Assembly (NCBI GenBank): GCA_965214605.1
Contig: OZ243961.1
Location: forward strand, 1-64,000
Direction of reading: 5' to 3'
Source: an uncultured Candidatus Binatia bacterium
GTDB lineage: Bacteria; Desulfobacterota; Binatia; Bin18
Length of the DNA stretch: 64,000 nucleotides
Part shown: positions 62,834 through 64,000 of the stretch, one piece after another
How positions within the stretch are numbered: position 1 is the stretch's first letter
How the letters are laid out: each line of letters starts with the position of its first letter
Notes under the pieces: model-generated
What the model saw: only the letters and a program-made list of their open reading frames with translations
The model's database searches: none
What the model was told of the DNA's origin: nothing
Program-made: the position numbers and the translations under genes

Positions 62834-63688
62834 ATGCAAGACTTCGCAGAAAAGGTGGCGGTTATTACCGGAGCGGCGAGCGGCATCGGCCAGGGCTTGG
62901 CCCGACGGTTTGCCCAAGAGGGCATGAAACTGGTGCTGGCCGATATTGAAGAGGCGGCCTTACTGGAGATGGAGAAGGAACTGCGGCTGACCGGTACGCC
63001 GGTGAGAGCGGTCAAGACCGATGTTTCACGCCGAGAGTCCGTTTTTGCTCTGGCCGATCGGGCCTTTGAGGCTTTCGACAGGGTGCATATCGTGTGTAAT
63101 AACGCCGGTGTTTCTGGTGGGCTGGGCCATATCTGGGAGATCCCGGATCAAGACTGGGAGTGGATTATGGCGGTCAATATGTACGGCGTGTTGTACGGTA
63201 TGCAGGCCTTTGTCCCACGCATGATCGAGCACGGTGAGGAGGGGCTGATTCTCAATACGAGCTCGGTCGTGGGCCTGACGACCGGTACCAGCTCGGTGTA
63301 TGGCGTGACCAAACACGCCGTGAGTCGAATGACCGAAGGCTTGCATTATGACCTGCAGGCGGCGGGATCAAAGCTCAAAGCCGCCCTGTTGGTACCCGGG
63401 GCAACTGCGACAAATCTTCTATACGCTGACCGAAACCGCCCCCAAGAGCTTCTGGTGCCGCGGGCCGAAGAGATCCAGGCCGCCTTAATCCACAGGCGTC
63501 AGACCCGCCATGAGCGTTTGCAGGAAGTCGGCATGACGCCACAACAGCTGGCCGAGGTCACGGTCCAAGGTATCAGACAGGGCCGGTTTTATATCATTGC
63601 CGATCCTGAGCGAACCACGCGGGCGGTGCGGCTGCGGATGGAGGGGATTGTGCGGGGGAGCGGTCCGAAGGCCGAGGCCGCAGTATGA
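62834..63688 (+). CDS. SDR family oxidoreductase
   Basis: TGAASGIG, NNAG, YGVTK. Confidence 0.92.
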   Translation: MQDFAEKVAVITGAASGIGQGLARRFAQEGMKLVLADIEEAALLEMEKELRLTGTPVRAVKTDVSRRESVFALADRAFEAFDRVHIVCNNAGVSGGLGHIWEIPDQDWEWIMAVNMYGVLYGMQAFVPRMIEHGEEGLILNTSSVVGLTTGTSSVYGVTKHAVSRMTEGLHYDLQAAGSKLKAALLVPGATATNLLYADRNRPQELLVPRAEEIQAALIHRRQTRHERLQEVGMTPQQLAEVTVQGIRQGRFYIIADPERTTRAVRLRMEGIVRGSGPKAEAAV

Positions 63689-63714
63689 GCCGGCCCCTCA
63701 GCCTCTCGGGCTGC

Positions 63715-64000
63715 TCAGCACAGCGAACTCAGAAAATCAACCGTGCGCTCAAATGCTCCCGCATCGGCCTGAAAGACGAAGGCGCACAGATCGGTCACAC
63801 CGATATCTTCAAGACGCTTGAGTTCTCCCGAGATCGTTGCCGCGTTACCCAACAGAGCGACCTCCGTCGGCTGGTCAAGCCCGCCGCGATCCAGCATCGT
63901 CCGATACACCGGCAGATTACCGTAGATAGCGAACACTTTGGCCGCGACCTCTCGGGCTGCGGCGGGGTCGTCGGTAATGGCCAGCGGCATACCGGCAATC
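63715..64000 (-). CDS. LLM-class F420-dependent oxidoreductase, 3' part (cut by window edge)
   Basis: YGNLPVYRTMLDR...GVTD...RTVDFL. Confidence 0.75.
   Translation of the reverse strand, partial: IAGMPLAITDDPAAAREVAAKVFAIYGNLPVYRTMLDRGGLDQPTEVALLGNAATISGELKRLEDIGVTDLCAFVFQADAGAFERTVDFLSSLC

Noticed and set aside
281-63998. Many long antisense or overlapping ORFs in the track (for example 2944-3942, 18322-19182, 33343-34308, 56869-57843)
   Set aside because: Shadow ORFs of GC-rich genes with no motifs or RBS

Overview
GC-rich bacterial chromosome segment. The gene content (many amidohydrolase and D-aminoacylase paralogs, LLM/F420 oxidoreductases, hydantoinase/oxoprolinase pairs, acyl-CoA dehydrogenase, thiolase-DUF35, P450, a secreted ankyrin-repeat protein) suggests a catabolically versatile, possibly sponge-associated bacterium such as Binatia; the taxonomy is inference only. 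Positions ~1.6-17.45 kb form a decayed defence island bounded by a 12-bp direct repeat. It holds three ruined restriction-modification systems, four toxin-antitoxin loci, a Fic fragment, a resolvase fragment, tandem tyrosine-integrase remnants and one intact SMODS (CD-NTase) + SLATT CBASS-like operon followed by an Xer dif-like site. The most unusual sequence-level observations are: (1) an hsdM gene whose two internal blocks are swapped with base-perfect, frame-restorable junctions; (2) a 382-bp duplication placing a D-aminoacylase leader and first 33 codons in frame upstream of an ankyrin gene with mosaic repeats; (3) a hydantoinase cluster with a short metal-site-degenerate B subunit, interrupted by a DNA-methylase remnant; (4) hairpin-rich intergenic regions. 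No rRNA, tRNA or CRISPR array was recognised. All family calls come from motif recognition by eye, not from database searches.
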